DNA from: an uncultured bacterium
GTDB taxonomy: Bacteria; Chlamydiota; Chlamydiia; Chlamydiales; FEN-1388
Length of the DNA: 64,000 bases
Reading direction: 5' to 3'
Assembly: GCA_964512205.1 (NCBI GenBank)
Contig: CAZEGK010000004.1
Span: forward strand, 34,634-98,633
In this document: positions 54,534 through 64,000 of the stretch, piece by piece
How the letters are laid out: every line of letters begins with the position of its first letter
Numbering within the stretch: the first letter of the stretch is position 1
Position numbers and translations under genes: made by a program
The notes under the pieces: model-generated
What the model was told of the DNA's origin: nothing
What the model saw: the letters and a program-made list of their open reading frames with translations, nothing else
Database searches by the model: none

Positions 54534-55652
54534 ATGATCGAAGGCTTTTTGCTCCTTTTTTTTGTCGCTACAATTTTTTTTGTATATAGGTCTGTGCATT
54601 TGCAGATTGAGCTTGCAGAGACGAAAATTCGACTTGAGCAGGCTGAGGAAAAGCAAAAGTTTGTAGGTAATGCTGAAGAAGTAATGAAAAATTCCTTTAA
54701 GGTGCTTGCTGCAGATACGTTGCATAGCCAGCAAGCTGCGATTAGCGATGTGGTAAAGCCTCTCAAAGAATCTTTAGAGAAAGTGGACTCAAAGATCCAA
54801 GAGCTCGAAAAGTCAAGAATTGGCGCCTATGCATCAATTACTGAAACGTTGAAGCATCTCAATAGCTCCCATACAGCGCTCTTTCAAGAGACAAGTAAGC
54901 TTTCGAGAAGCCTCAGGGCATCAAATGCACGAGGGCAGTGGGGAGAGATGCAGCTTCGCCGCGTTGTGGAGCTTGCTGGCATGGTGGAATACTGTGATTT
55001 TGTGACTCAGCATACAGTCCAGCAAAGTGACGTGCGCCATAGGCCGGATCTCATCATCAAACTTCCTAATGATCGCGTTCTTGTAGTGGATGCAAAAGCA
55101 CCCCTGCAGGCCTATCTTGAAGCGATAGAGGCTCGCGACGAAGAGCAAAAGAATATAAAGCTCAAAGAGCATGCAAAGCAGGTAAAAAAACACCTCCAAG
55201 ATTTAAGCGAGAAGGGATATTGGGAAAGCTTTAGCGAATCGCCAGAATTTGTTGTGCTCTTTTTGCCTGGTGAGTCGATCTATGCTGCTGCTTTAGAAGC
55301 TGATCCTCAACTTTTAGAGTTTGGGCCGCAAAAGCGGGTCCTTATGGCAACGCCTACGACGCTTATAGCCCTTCTGAAAGCAGTATCACTTGGCTGGAGA
55401 GAACAGGTGATGAGGCAAGAGTCGCAAAAGATCGCAGAGCTTGGCCGCACCTTGCATGAGCGGCTAGCTACCATGACGGATCACTTTATCCGACTTAAGC
55501 GTGCAATTGATTCAACTGTAGAGGCCTACAACAAAGCGGTCGGGAGCCTAGAATCGAGAGTGCTTCCATCCTGCAGACGTTTTGAAGAGCTCGGCGTTAC
55601 AAGCGGCCAGGTGATTCCGGACCTTGAACCTATAGAAAAGATAACAAAATAA
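54534..55652 (+). CDS. rmuC: DNA recombination protein RmuC
   Basis: N-terminal TM plus coiled coil, then RGQWGEMQLRRVVELAGM, PDLIIKLPN...VVDAK and VLFLPGES. Start moved to the internal ATG (MIEGFLLLFF...). Confidence 0.85.
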   Translation: MIEGFLLLFFVATIFFVYRSVHLQIELAETKIRLEQAEEKQKFVGNAEEVMKNSFKVLAADTLHSQQAAISDVVKPLKESLEKVDSKIQELEKSRIGAYASITETLKHLNSSHTALFQETSKLSRSLRASNARGQWGEMQLRRVVELAGMVEYCDFVTQHTVQQSDVRHRPDLIIKLPNDRVLVVDAKAPLQAYLEAIEARDEEQKNIKLKEHAKQVKKHLQDLSEKGYWESFSESPEFVVLFLPGESIYAAALEADPQLLEFGPQKRVLMATPTTLIALLKAVSLGWREQVMRQESQKIAELGRTLHERLATMTDHFIRLKRAIDSTVEAYNKAVGSLESRVLPSCRRFEELGVTSGQVIPDLEPIEKITK

Positions 55653-55653
55653 T

Positions 55654-56118
55654 ATGCAGTTTTTACTTTCAGAATGTGCACCATCCGATCTTTTGCCTTT
55701 TGCTCCATTAGATCTAACATTTACCTGGAAAGATGAAACACTTGTCCATGTTGATATAAAAGAAGGTGCGGGCACTGTTTTTGTGAGCGGTACGCAAAAT
55801 GATGTTATAATGACAAAAAAATGGCTTACAAGCTACTTTCAGGGTAAAAATTGCACAATTCGTCTGCCGAAATTGTCGCCTGTGCAAGCGCGCCTCCTTA
55901 TGATCCCATTTGCCACGACAACTACCTACGGCGAGCTTGCAGGAGATAAAAAAGGCGCTAGAGGTGTTGGCAGGGCATGCGGGGCAAATAAGATGCCTCT
56001 TGTAATTCCCTGCCATCGAGTTGTAGCTAAAAATGGCTCTCTCTGCGGATTCAATCGAGGACTTTCGATCAAAGAGATCCTTCTTACTCTTGAGCAAAAA
56101 ATAAACTCGATGAAATGA
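55654..56118 (+). CDS. ogt: Methylated-DNA--protein-cysteine methyltransferase
   Basis: Active site IPCHRVV, preceded by TYGELA and GANKMPLV. Confidence 0.85.
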   Translation: MQFLLSECAPSDLLPFAPLDLTFTWKDETLVHVDIKEGAGTVFVSGTQNDVIMTKKWLTSYFQGKNCTIRLPKLSPVQARLLMIPFATTTTYGELAGDKKGARGVGRACGANKMPLVIPCHRVVAKNGSLCGFNRGLSIKEILLTLEQKINSMK

Positions 56119-56154
56119 AATGGGCCGGATTTATTTCAAATAGAATTCCGAAAT

Positions 56155-56541
56155 TTAGAAATAATTATCCAAACAATAATCACCCGTTGTCGGTGCAGGT
56201 TGTTTATCGTCAGTTAGGCGATAATAATAGATGGTTAAATTGCATTTTTTAAAATACCATGCATGAGGCACGCTATCATCAAAAAATACGAGCGTGTGGT
56301 CTGAGATGATCTGCTCAGCGCTTTTAACGCCATACCACAATTTTGCAAATCCACTTTCCTTTACCAAAGCGACAAGGGGTCTATCACCGCTTGAGAAATA
56401 TCGAGTGTGGGTTGGAAATTCTCCAGAAAATTCGTTTCTGTTTTCAGTTGCAAGTAGCTGAATTTTCTGAAAATGATTGAGTATAGTCGTTAAATTTTCG
56501 CTTTTGAATTCCATGACGATTGGATATTCAATCATGATCAA
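56155..56541 (-). CDS. Hypothetical protein (128 aa)
   Basis: ORF with protein-like composition; no family recognised. Confidence 0.4.
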   Translation of the reverse strand: MIMIEYPIVMEFKSENLTTILNHFQKIQLLATENRNEFSGEFPTHTRYFSSGDRPLVALVKESGFAKLWYGVKSAEQIISDHTLVFFDDSVPHAWYFKKCNLTIYYYRLTDDKQPAPTTGDYCLDNYF

Positions 56542-56665
56542 GGCCCTATATGTACTAATAGAGATTATTGGATGTAAGCAAATGGGTCAAGAGATATCCA
56601 TTATATAACCCCAGCTGAAATTGCCTTACGTGTAGATGCTCTCTCGAGTTTACTCAATCGTATAA

Positions 56666-57253
56666 CTACCTCGTCTTTTCCTTCTCAAAATCGTCGTGGA
56701 TGCTTGGTTTTTTGTACTGCTTCTCGTTGTAGTAGGTAATAAGGGCATCCACAAGTGCATCTGGGTTTCTATTGTAGATAATTTTTGCTCCTGTTTTCTT
56801 TCGTATCATTTTTACAATGGATTTTATGCCAGATGTTATGCCGCCTGTGCCTTCTAAAATGCCAATTAATTTCCCTTCGTCGTAGGCAATAGAAAACTCT
56901 CCGAGTGTTCCAGATCTTCCTCCTACAATGATGACAATATCTGAGCTTCGAATATTGACGACTTCTCTCCCCATGAGGCCGCTTCCTGTGAAAATGAGTA
57001 CCTGATGATAGGTAGTAGGGGATTGATACCTAAGCATATGTTCCCGCTCGCTAAGTGCAGGAGATATTCCAATAACAAGCCCTGCTGCTTCACTTGCTCC
57101 TTTGGCAGCAGCAAGCGGCATTCCAGGACATGCGCCCGTGATGGTTATGCAGCCCTTTTTAGCTATGGCAGAGCCAAGTTCGTAGCAGAGTTTTTTATGT
57201 TTTGCAGTAATTTTACCTGTTGCAGAGCCCATAACACCGATTTTCAGTTGCAT
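56666..57253 (-). CDS. TIGR00725 / LOG-like (SLOG superfamily) Rossmann protein
   Basis: IGVMGSATG, ITGACPGMPLAAAKGA, VIGISP and VGGRSGTLGEF follow the LOG/TIGR00725 pattern (GGgxGtmxE-like). Confidence 0.7.
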   Translation of the reverse strand: MQLKIGVMGSATGKITAKHKKLCYELGSAIAKKGCITITGACPGMPLAAAKGASEAAGLVIGISPALSEREHMLRYQSPTTYHQVLIFTGSGLMGREVVNIRSSDIVIIVGGRSGTLGEFSIAYDEGKLIGILEGTGGITSGIKSIVKMIRKKTGAKIIYNRNPDALVDALITYYNEKQYKKPSIHDDFEKEKTR

Positions 57254-57500
57254 AGTGCCTTCCCCTCGATTTCACCTGCTTATAAGCGCGAAATAGAGCT
57301 TAGGCAAGTAAAAAATAGATATGTCACTTAATCAATAGTGCTAACAAAAAAGCACAATGTTGGTGGCGCCTATATCGAATTTATGAATAATACGCATTTG
57401 TAAGAACTGGCTGTTTGGGATGGTCGTGTGTGAATTGTGGCTGCGATTAACGTATACCCAAATTAGCAGACGGTGTTGATACTAGAGGGTGTGATGTAAG

Positions 57501-57902
57501 ATGCTTACGAAAGAGTGTATAGAAAAAATATTTGAACCTGTTTTAACTGCAGACTGGCATACGTTTTTTACTAATGCCGTTCACGACAAGGTTCACTGGG
57601 TTATTCCAGGAAGTTGTGAAATGTCTGGTAAGTATCATGGCAGATCTGAAGTTATGGCCGCCTGGTCTAAAATTGGCCAATATTTAGATACAAGTCGTGC
57701 TAGACATATTGTTATAGACCGAATCTTGATAGACGGTGAGTATGCAGCAGTCGAAATGCACTATCTTGATGCTTTTTCAATTAAAGGCACTTTCTACCCG
57801 CAAACCTACTGCTGGGTAATGAAGTTTACTCATGATTTACAAATCATCGAGCTTACAGCCCATGTAGATACGCAGCTTATACATACTATCATGAGTGAAT
57901 AA
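57501..57902 (+). CDS. SnoaL/NTF2-like fold protein
   Basis: 133 aa. DKVHWVIPGSCEMSGKYHGRSEV...ILIDGEYAAVE...YCWVMKFTHDLQIIELTAHVD matches the SnoaL-like pattern. Confidence 0.65.
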   Translation: MLTKECIEKIFEPVLTADWHTFFTNAVHDKVHWVIPGSCEMSGKYHGRSEVMAAWSKIGQYLDTSRARHIVIDRILIDGEYAAVEMHYLDAFSIKGTFYPQTYCWVMKFTHDLQIIELTAHVDTQLIHTIMSE

Positions 57903-57931
57903 ACCAACGATCTTTTTCACGCAAATTTTGC

Positions 57932-58444
57932 TTAAATCAACGACCTAGAGTTATTTGCCGGCTTTCCAATGAAAAGTGTACATGGAAGGGTTTCTGGTGA
58001 GCCTGTAGAAAGCCATGAACTAATGCGGTGATTTCCCTCTAAAAGCTGGTATTTTTCTTTTTTGGGATCTCTCCAGAGGACAATGCCATCAAGTGATGCA
58101 ATTGAAAATATCTCTTCCGATGGGTAGAGAACTTCTACGTTATCTTTTATCCATTGAAGGGGCAATCTATTTGCAGTAACTTTTCGCCATGAGCCCTGTT
58201 CACGCGGCTCTTGCCAAAGGATATATTGTCCTCTGACTGTATGAAATACTCTTTGAATTTTCTCGCAAGATGCATCTTGGGAAGCAAGAAGTTGTCTGTC
58301 AGGAAAATCCTCTCGAATTATGGCGACTCGTCGTAGAGCTTTGGAATCCCACTCGCTATAAAGCCAAGCCTTCTTAATCGCTAGTGTAGAGGTTATTTTT
58401 TCATATTCAGAATCTGGTGGATACTTTGTTCTAGTTGGTTGCAT
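57932..58444 (-). CDS. Hypothetical protein with possible ParB/Srx-like GNHR motif
   Basis: YQLLEGNHRISSWL resembles the ParB/sulfiredoxin-fold motif (y.vvdGnHR..A). The rest is unrecognised. Confidence 0.4.
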   Translation of the reverse strand: MQPTRTKYPPDSEYEKITSTLAIKKAWLYSEWDSKALRRVAIIREDFPDRQLLASQDASCEKIQRVFHTVRGQYILWQEPREQGSWRKVTANRLPLQWIKDNVEVLYPSEEIFSIASLDGIVLWRDPKKEKYQLLEGNHRISSWLSTGSPETLPCTLFIGKPANNSRSLI

Positions 58445-58470
58445 TTTATGTCTTAATAGGCTGTTTTAGT

Positions 58471-59595
58471 TTATTGCTGCATGGTTTTTTCAAGAATGAC
58501 GAGCGTCTCGATCTGGTCTGTTCCTGGAAAAAAGAGGTAGCTTTTGGCAAAGCATATGGTCCAGCTTGGAAAAGCTCTTTTTATCTCTTCTAGATCTCGT
58601 TCAAGTGAGGTGTAGTCGCATGAGATGTAGGCGAGTTGCTTTAGGCTATCGATTCTAAAGAGCTTTTGGATAAGATCCTTTCCCAGCCCTTTTCTAGGAG
58701 GGTCGACAATGCAAATGCTTGCACCTATCACGAGGTCAAGGCACTCATCCGCTTTGGCGGTCTCGTAGGAGAGCTTATTTTGCTCGCTTGGTTCAAGTTT
58801 TGCTTTTGCAAGTTCAAAGTACATTTTTGCGTGAGGCTCTATTTCTACAAGGCGTACTTCTTTGCATTTTTTTGCTAGAGAAATACCTATAGAGCCTATT
58901 CCTGCATAGAGTTCTGCTACTACCTGATCATCTAGTAGCTTTTCCCTGAGGTCATAAATGAGTGCTTCATACATCTCGAGATTTGCCTGGCCAAAATGCG
59001 ATGGTCCAAAGGCTATATTGCATCCTGCAATATCTTCCCAGACAGCATCTTCGCCTACAATTTTTTGCCAAGATTTTCCAAAGATCGTATTGGTAGGTTC
59101 CGTATTAAAGTTTACCCAGATGGAGTGCCAAAGAAGAGGGTCGTAGAGTTCTTCTATACGTGCTTTCCAGTAGGGAGTTAGCTCTTGCATGTTGAGTACA
59201 AGGCTCAGTTGTACGCGATTTGTTGTGCGTTCTACAACGCACTGGATGTAGCGAAGGTCTCCTCTGTGGGTTTTTTCATCGTAGGGGATAAGATTCTCTT
59301 TTTTGAGTCTTGCAACTGCTTCGTTAATGCGTAGATGGTGGACTTTGCAGTGAGGAATATCAAGTACATCATGCGTGCCTTTTTCAAACAAGCCAATATG
59401 ATCGCCTCTTACAGCAAGCTTTGCCCGGATTCTCCAGCCAACAAGCGCTCCTTGCTGGTATTCAAGCGGTATGGAAAAATAGTTTTTTGCTCTTTGGTAA
59501 AGCTCTGGCGGCGTTTCGCATGAATTTTGGGTGCATCCGCTACATTTTGGAAAGTGAATGCATCCAATTACCTTTCCTTTTGCATCAATTCGCAT
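58471..59595 (-). CDS. RNA (uracil-C5)-methyltransferase, RumA/TrmA family
   Basis: N-terminal Cys cluster C..FPKCSGCTQNSC, SAM motif ELYAGIGSIG, VDPPRKGL and catalytic YISCD. Confidence 0.85.
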   Translation of the reverse strand: MRIDAKGKVIGCIHFPKCSGCTQNSCETPPELYQRAKNYFSIPLEYQQGALVGWRIRAKLAVRGDHIGLFEKGTHDVLDIPHCKVHHLRINEAVARLKKENLIPYDEKTHRGDLRYIQCVVERTTNRVQLSLVLNMQELTPYWKARIEELYDPLLWHSIWVNFNTEPTNTIFGKSWQKIVGEDAVWEDIAGCNIAFGPSHFGQANLEMYEALIYDLREKLLDDQVVAELYAGIGSIGISLAKKCKEVRLVEIEPHAKMYFELAKAKLEPSEQNKLSYETAKADECLDLVIGASICIVDPPRKGLGKDLIQKLFRIDSLKQLAYISCDYTSLERDLEEIKRAFPSWTICFAKSYLFFPGTDQIETLVILEKTMQQ

Positions 59596-60407
59596 AGGGC
59601 TTCTATCAGTTCATCTTGTTTTGAGCTAGAGACTAAAGCGGTAAATTTTCGCTCAGGATCGTCCTCTAGGCTATTTCGTATCTGTTCTATAGATGTCTTT
59701 TCACCATATAGCTTTACCAGTGACCTAAAGAAAGCAACGCTACTTACTTGCGATATTCTCGTGTCAAGGAGTGAGTGGCCAAAGCATAAAAAGGCATTTC
59801 TTCTTGTCTTAAGCGTATATTGTATCCCAGACATGCGTAAAATATCTTCTATTTTTTCCAGTTTACAAAGCGTTTCAAGCATAAAATCATTTTGAAACGT
59901 ACAGATTGTGTGAAGAGGGGTTTCGCCTGTTGCTTCATCTTTTTGCTCAATAAGCTTGCTAAACCAGGATCTTTTGCTAAGTTTTTCTACTACAGTGATA
60001 TAGGGGGCAAAATCTTGCTGCTCCGCAATAAAATGGAGGATATTTCTGCCTTTTATAGCAAAAACGGACGTTGGATCCTTTACCTGTTTGAATCGTCTAC
60101 GATTAGCTATTAGCTCTACAAAGCCTGACAAAGGGTTTACTTTTCTTTCAGGAAATGGGCTCGCAGTTCTTATCTCATGGGTGAGTTTTAAAACCTCCCC
60201 TGCGTCGATATGGGATTCTTGCTTTAGAAGGGGTGGTGGTGGCTCTTTAGGGGGCAGTTCTGGCGCGGGCTTAGCATTTTCTATCTGAAGATTTGCTAAG
60301 AGGATGTCTAGAGGGCTTGCCTCGCTATCTGAGGATGTCTCAGTTGAGCTGACCATAATGGCGAATTCATCCTCAGTGAGGGATCTTCTTCGTGATGCGG
60401 GATTCAT
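59568..60407 (-). CDS. Hypothetical protein with disordered Pro-rich N-terminus and degenerate ankyrin-like repeats (effector candidate)
   Basis: PAPELPPKEPPPPLL. ANK-like units GRNILHFIAEQQDFAPYITVVEKL and GETPLHTICTFQNDFMLETLCKL. The 3' end overlaps the start of the methyltransferase gene by 28 nt. Confidence 0.55.
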   Translation of the reverse strand: MNPASRRRSLTEDEFAIMVSSTETSSDSEASPLDILLANLQIENAKPAPELPPKEPPPPLLKQESHIDAGEVLKLTHEIRTASPFPERKVNPLSGFVELIANRRRFKQVKDPTSVFAIKGRNILHFIAEQQDFAPYITVVEKLSKRSWFSKLIEQKDEATGETPLHTICTFQNDFMLETLCKLEKIEDILRMSGIQYTLKTRRNAFLCFGHSLLDTRISQVSSVAFFRSLVKLYGEKTSIEQIRNSLEDDPERKFTALVSSSKQDELIEALCELMQKER

Positions 60408-60457
60408 AAAACCTCTAATTATTCGTGTTTACCCTAACAAAGTGAATAAAAAGGTGC

Positions 60458-60480
60458 AATTATAATAAGATTTTATAATT
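60458..60480. promoter_or_regulatory. Perfect AT-rich dyad AATTATAA-N7-TTATAATT in the divergent promoter region
   Basis: Read directly. It lies 51 nt upstream of the 279-aa gene start (60407, minus strand) and 93 nt upstream of ATG 60573. Confidence 0.35.
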
Positions 60481-60572
60481 AAACTTTATTATTGATAATA
60501 AATTAAAAATATGGATAATAAGAAATGGATAGGGGAACCATATCCAACCGGCTTTTAGCCGAGGAGGTTTGT

Positions 60573-60776
60573 ATGCATATGAAGAAGATCTTACAGAAGA
60601 TCGCACACCTCGAATTTGTAAATGACCAACTCTCAACGGAGCTACAATATGTAGACAAGCTTTTGAGAGCTGTGGGCTTTTCTGAGGGTCTTACCACCGT
60701 CAAGGCAGCAGCACAGGAGCTTTTCGAAGAAGAAAAGCAAAAGGCTACTACAAAAGACAAGCCACCCTTTGAGTAA
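60573..60776 (+). CDS. Small hypothetical protein (67 aa, coiled-coil-like)
   Basis: GAGGAGG lies 5 nt before ATG 60573 (the track start at 60525 lacks an SD). Confidence 0.5.
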   Translation: MHMKKILQKIAHLEFVNDQLSTELQYVDKLLRAVGFSEGLTTVKAAAQELFEEEKQKATTKDKPPFE

Positions 60777-60858
60777 TCATTTTAGGAACTAATGAAGCCT
60801 TGCTTTATTAGTTCCTTTTTTTCTACCATGCAAAACCACACATATTGGAGGTTTTGCA

Positions 60859-61332
60859 ATGACACCAGCACCTATAGGCCAAGGCCCAGATCAAGTAGCT
60901 CTTCCGGCTGAGAGCTTTTATTCTAAGGCATCTAAAGCGTTTGGACGGGCAATTGATTACTTCACAGAAGAGCTTTTGCCGATGCCCGAGAAAAAAGTAA
61001 AAGAGGTGGCAAAGGCCCATCTACCAAAGGCCACTACGGCTTTTGTCTTTGCAAGTATGTATGATTCCTCTTGGCTAATTAATGCAGGATCCAGTGTAGC
61101 GTTGCAAAAATTTACCCATGAGGAATATCAACAAAGGGGAGATAGGGAGTTTACTCGACAAGCGAGCGTCTTGCTCTTTGCCATCCATACGATTAAGGCA
61201 GTCTATAATGTAAGAAACTTTTGGAGCTCGCCAAGCCTTCCTGCACTTAGCGGCTTTGCAAGCGATGTCTTTGCTCTTTTTACGCTTAATAACGTCATCT
61301 TTGACAATAAGCCACTAGCTAAAAAAGACTAA
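60859..61332 (+). CDS. Hypothetical protein (157 aa)
   Basis: GGAGG lies 7 nt before the ATG; no family recognised. The 3' end overlaps the convergent SNF2 gene by 18 nt. Confidence 0.5.
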   Translation: MTPAPIGQGPDQVALPAESFYSKASKAFGRAIDYFTEELLPMPEKKVKEVAKAHLPKATTAFVFASMYDSSWLINAGSSVALQKFTHEEYQQRGDREFTRQASVLLFAIHTIKAVYNVRNFWSSPSLPALSGFASDVFALFTLNNVIFDNKPLAKKD

Positions 61333-63549
61333 GTCAGCAACATCAGTTGCCGATAGGGTATTTTCATCAAAGAGGGCATCGTGAAGGTGCCCCTTTTGCT
61401 TTTGCAGGGCAAGGATCTTTTCTTCAATAGTCCCTGCGCTATAGTAGCGCTTAATAAAGACAGTATCTTCTCTTCCAATACGGTGGGCCCTATCTATAGC
61501 CTGTTCTTCCTGCGATCTATTCCACCACGGATCATAGAGAAGGACATAGTCTGCTTTTGTAAGATTTAGCCCTACACCTCCCGCTTTTAGACTAATCAAG
61601 AAGAGCTGATGGGAGGGATCATTCTGAAAGGTATCTACAAGCTCTTGCCTATTTTTTGTCTGTCCTTCAAGCAGTAGATAACGGGGTACATTCTTTGCAA
61701 AAAGGTGTAATATGCTTGTAAACTGGCTAAAGAGCAGAATCTTCTTTCCTTCGCTGATAAGCGTTTGGATGTCACTAAGTGCTTGATCAAATTTGCCGGA
61801 TGTTTTGACCTCGTTTGCAATCTGCGGAACTAAGAGGGGATGGCAGGCTATTTGGCGAAGCCTGAGTATTGCTTCAAAAACTTCTACATTATGAGCCTCT
61901 ATTCCATCCACCTCTATCTTTTTTAAGAGGTTATTTTTAAAACTTGTTAAATAAGTGCTGTAGAGGGCTTTTTGCTCCTCGGTCATATCGACAAAGACAG
62001 GCTCATCGATTTTTGCAGGCAAATCCTTTGCTACATCGCATTTTTTACGCCTCAGAAAGAAGGGAGAGATCTTTTTTCGTATAAGGCTAAGAGGTTCATT
62101 TTTTTCTATGAGCCGAGGCTCTAGGAGCTCAAAGTGATTTACGACTTCGTCTATACTATTTTCTACGGGGGTGCCAGTCATGAGGAGTCTGAATGGGGCA
62201 GAAAGTGATGCTGCAGCCTTATAGGTTACAGTTTCGCTATTTTTTATCGCCTGCGCTTCGTCAAAAATCAACATATCAAAGGAGCGGGTTTTAAGCGTAT
62301 CGATATCTTGGCGGAGAATGCCGTAGGAGATGATTGTGATATCGCCCATTTTTGCAGGTATAAAGCTGAGGATTTCTCGTCGCCAGTTTTCAACGAGCGA
62401 AGTTGGGCAGCAGATGAGAGCGCGTCCTTCAAAGCAGGATAAAAAGGCAAGTACCTGTACGGTTTTTCCAAGGCCCATTTCATCTGCAAGAAGGCCATTT
62501 AAGCCTTCTTCATAGAGCTTGATCAACCAGTTAAGGCCCTCTTGTTGGTAGGGTCGTAGAGTACCTAGAAAAGTAGGATCTGGGGACCTCTCTAGCCTCA
62601 TGCCCTTTGTAAACGCGTCTAGGCAATAAAGTGCTTGTTTTGGGACGGTTATGGTATTTGCTGGCCCTATCTGAACATGTTCTAAAAGCTCTTTAGTGGC
62701 CATTTTGCCATCAAATGAAAGGAGGAGTGCTTCATGATCATTTAAAAGGGCAAGCTTTTGATTTGTTTGAATAGGCTCTACAATGGTGTTAAGAGTAAGT
62801 TCTTTATCTTTATAGCTTACCTTTCCACTGATGGTTTTGTTGTCTTGAAGCGAAATTTCTATATTTTTCATAAGGACAACTTCTCTTCCTTGGCTATCTA
62901 GCACTCTCCAGCCTGTTTGAATCAAGCTTTCTACTGCCTTTATCGATCGATCAGTTGGGCTGTAGTGGGAGGCTTTGCCCACCTCTTTGCGCGTAAACCC
63001 GGCGCGAATAAGTTCATTTTCTTTTGACAAAAAGCGAGTATCGAGATATCCAAATGAGCAGGTTGCATCTACGAGGACAAATTCTGGGGTTTCCTCTTTT
63101 GCATCAAGTTCTATGAGAGTTGCGGGATCTACATCCTTCTTAAACTTTCGATATTCATCCTGCGTAAGGGTTATAGGGCCTGAGAGGAAGCGGGCGATCT
63201 CCTGCCAGCCGATATGCGGATCACAAAAAGAGAGAAGCTGCCCGCGTAAAACCGCGACAGGGGATGTCTGTGCAATAAGGTCATACTCATCGAGTGATCT
63301 ATTTGCAAGATGGGCATGTACAACAAACTTTCCTTGGACCTTTTCAACAAGATATTCAAGTGTCAGCTTTGAAAAAAAGTCTGTGAGCAGGCGCCTTTCC
63401 CCGATAAAGAGCTTTTGGCTAAGGGCAAGCTTTTGAAGCTTGTCATACGCCTCAAGGGTTTTGAGCTCAAAGTATTCATTTTTTGAGCTACTAAGGACTA
63501 TTTTTAAACTTTTTTTAGAGCGCTGTAGATCGATACTGTAGGTAAACAT
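61315..63549 (-). CDS. SNF2/SWI2 family helicase (RapA/HepA-like)
   Basis: LADEMGLGKT (motif I), IFDEAQAIKN (DEAQ box), LLMTGTPVEN, and C-terminal helicase motifs (LLFSQFT, GGVGLNLT, QAIDRAHRIGQ-like QAIDRAHRIGRE). Confidence 0.9.
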   Translation of the reverse strand: MFTYSIDLQRSKKSLKIVLSSSKNEYFELKTLEAYDKLQKLALSQKLFIGERRLLTDFFSKLTLEYLVEKVQGKFVVHAHLANRSLDEYDLIAQTSPVAVLRGQLLSFCDPHIGWQEIARFLSGPITLTQDEYRKFKKDVDPATLIELDAKEETPEFVLVDATCSFGYLDTRFLSKENELIRAGFTRKEVGKASHYSPTDRSIKAVESLIQTGWRVLDSQGREVVLMKNIEISLQDNKTISGKVSYKDKELTLNTIVEPIQTNQKLALLNDHEALLLSFDGKMATKELLEHVQIGPANTITVPKQALYCLDAFTKGMRLERSPDPTFLGTLRPYQQEGLNWLIKLYEEGLNGLLADEMGLGKTVQVLAFLSCFEGRALICCPTSLVENWRREILSFIPAKMGDITIISYGILRQDIDTLKTRSFDMLIFDEAQAIKNSETVTYKAAASLSAPFRLLMTGTPVENSIDEVVNHFELLEPRLIEKNEPLSLIRKKISPFFLRRKKCDVAKDLPAKIDEPVFVDMTEEQKALYSTYLTSFKNNLLKKIEVDGIEAHNVEVFEAILRLRQIACHPLLVPQIANEVKTSGKFDQALSDIQTLISEGKKILLFSQFTSILHLFAKNVPRYLLLEGQTKNRQELVDTFQNDPSHQLFLISLKAGGVGLNLTKADYVLLYDPWWNRSQEEQAIDRAHRIGREDTVFIKRYYSAGTIEEKILALQKQKGHLHDALFDENTLSATDVADLVFFS

Positions 63550-63601
63550 AATTGATAAAAATCATAACGCAACTTATTATTTTTGTCATTTAGGCAATAG
63601 A

Positions 63602-64000
63602 ATGACTACAAAACGATTTTGGACAGAAAATGGCACCTGGGAAGAGGCGGAAAAACGCTGGGACGAGGGTGCTTCTATAAAAGAAAAAGAGCATCCACTG
63701 AAGGTGTTAAAAACTCTTCCTAATATGCCTGGTATGGCTGAAGATACCGCTAAGAACCTTAAATGGAAGAGCCTTAAATGGATGATAAGGAAAGATGAAA
63801 ACTTTAGCGTCCTCCGCCATGTGCTTAAATCGCCTTTTAAACATCTCTATAACTATTTCACTTCTCTTTGCAAAAGTAAGTCCTATGTGAGAGATGGCGA
63901 CTTTTTTCTCTATGGGATTGACTCTGTCGAGCAATTTAGAGCCTTTCTTGCAAAAGAGGACTCCCTTTTGGTAGTCGGCTTTTCCTACTGCGAAAAACCA
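63602..64000 (+). CDS. Hypothetical protein, 3' end beyond the window
   Basis: Frame open from ATG 63602 to the window edge (MTTKRFWTENGTWEEAEKRWDEG...VVGFSYCEKP). Absent from the ORF track because it has no stop. The terminal FSYCEKP faintly recalls Cys-motif DUF116-type proteins; this is unverified. Confidence 0.45.
   Translation, partial: MTTKRFWTENGTWEEAEKRWDEGASIKEKEHPLKVLKTLPNMPGMAEDTAKNLKWKSLKWMIRKDENFSVLRHVLKSPFKHLYNYFTSLCKSKSYVRDGDFFLYGIDSVEQFRAFLAKEDSLLVVGFSYCEKP

Overview
The window looks like a chromosomal segment from an environmental, amoeba-associated member of the Chlamydiae. This is inferred from gene content and order only; no search was possible. The backbone is core genes: rng, tyrP, yceD, rpmF, plsX, lpxB, pcnB, glmM, glmS, ftsY, sucC, sucD, htrA, an M16 insulinase-type protease, pssA, rmuC, ogt, a RumA-type methyltransferase and a SNF2 helicase. 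From memory, their order resembles the Chlamydia trachomatis CT806-CT824 neighbourhood. Accessory blocks interrupt this backbone.

1. A cytochrome P450 sits between yceD and rpmF.
2. A eukaryote-like BTB+LRR protein is encoded at 6970-8715.
3. A ~14.4 kb segment (about 8.7-23.1 kb) is bracketed by ~320 bp direct repeats derived from the 3' end of a DUF374 gene. It carries a 1,676-aa secreted protein (PA domain plus S41-like signature), a 756-aa secreted beta-helix protein, a LuxR-type regulator, a lipase-like hydrolase, an orphan AbiEi antitoxin and several gene remnants.
4. A second LuxR paralog lies beside Inc-like and surface-protein genes (31-36.6 kb).
5. A HEPN/MNT toxin-antitoxin pair lies at 38.1-38.7 kb.
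6. A small accessory islet lies at 56.1-58.5 kb.

I found no rRNA, tRNA, CRISPR array, integrase or transposase. rpmF (59 aa) and two edge-truncated genes are missing from the ORF track. All family assignments come from motifs read by eye and need HMM/BLAST confirmation.
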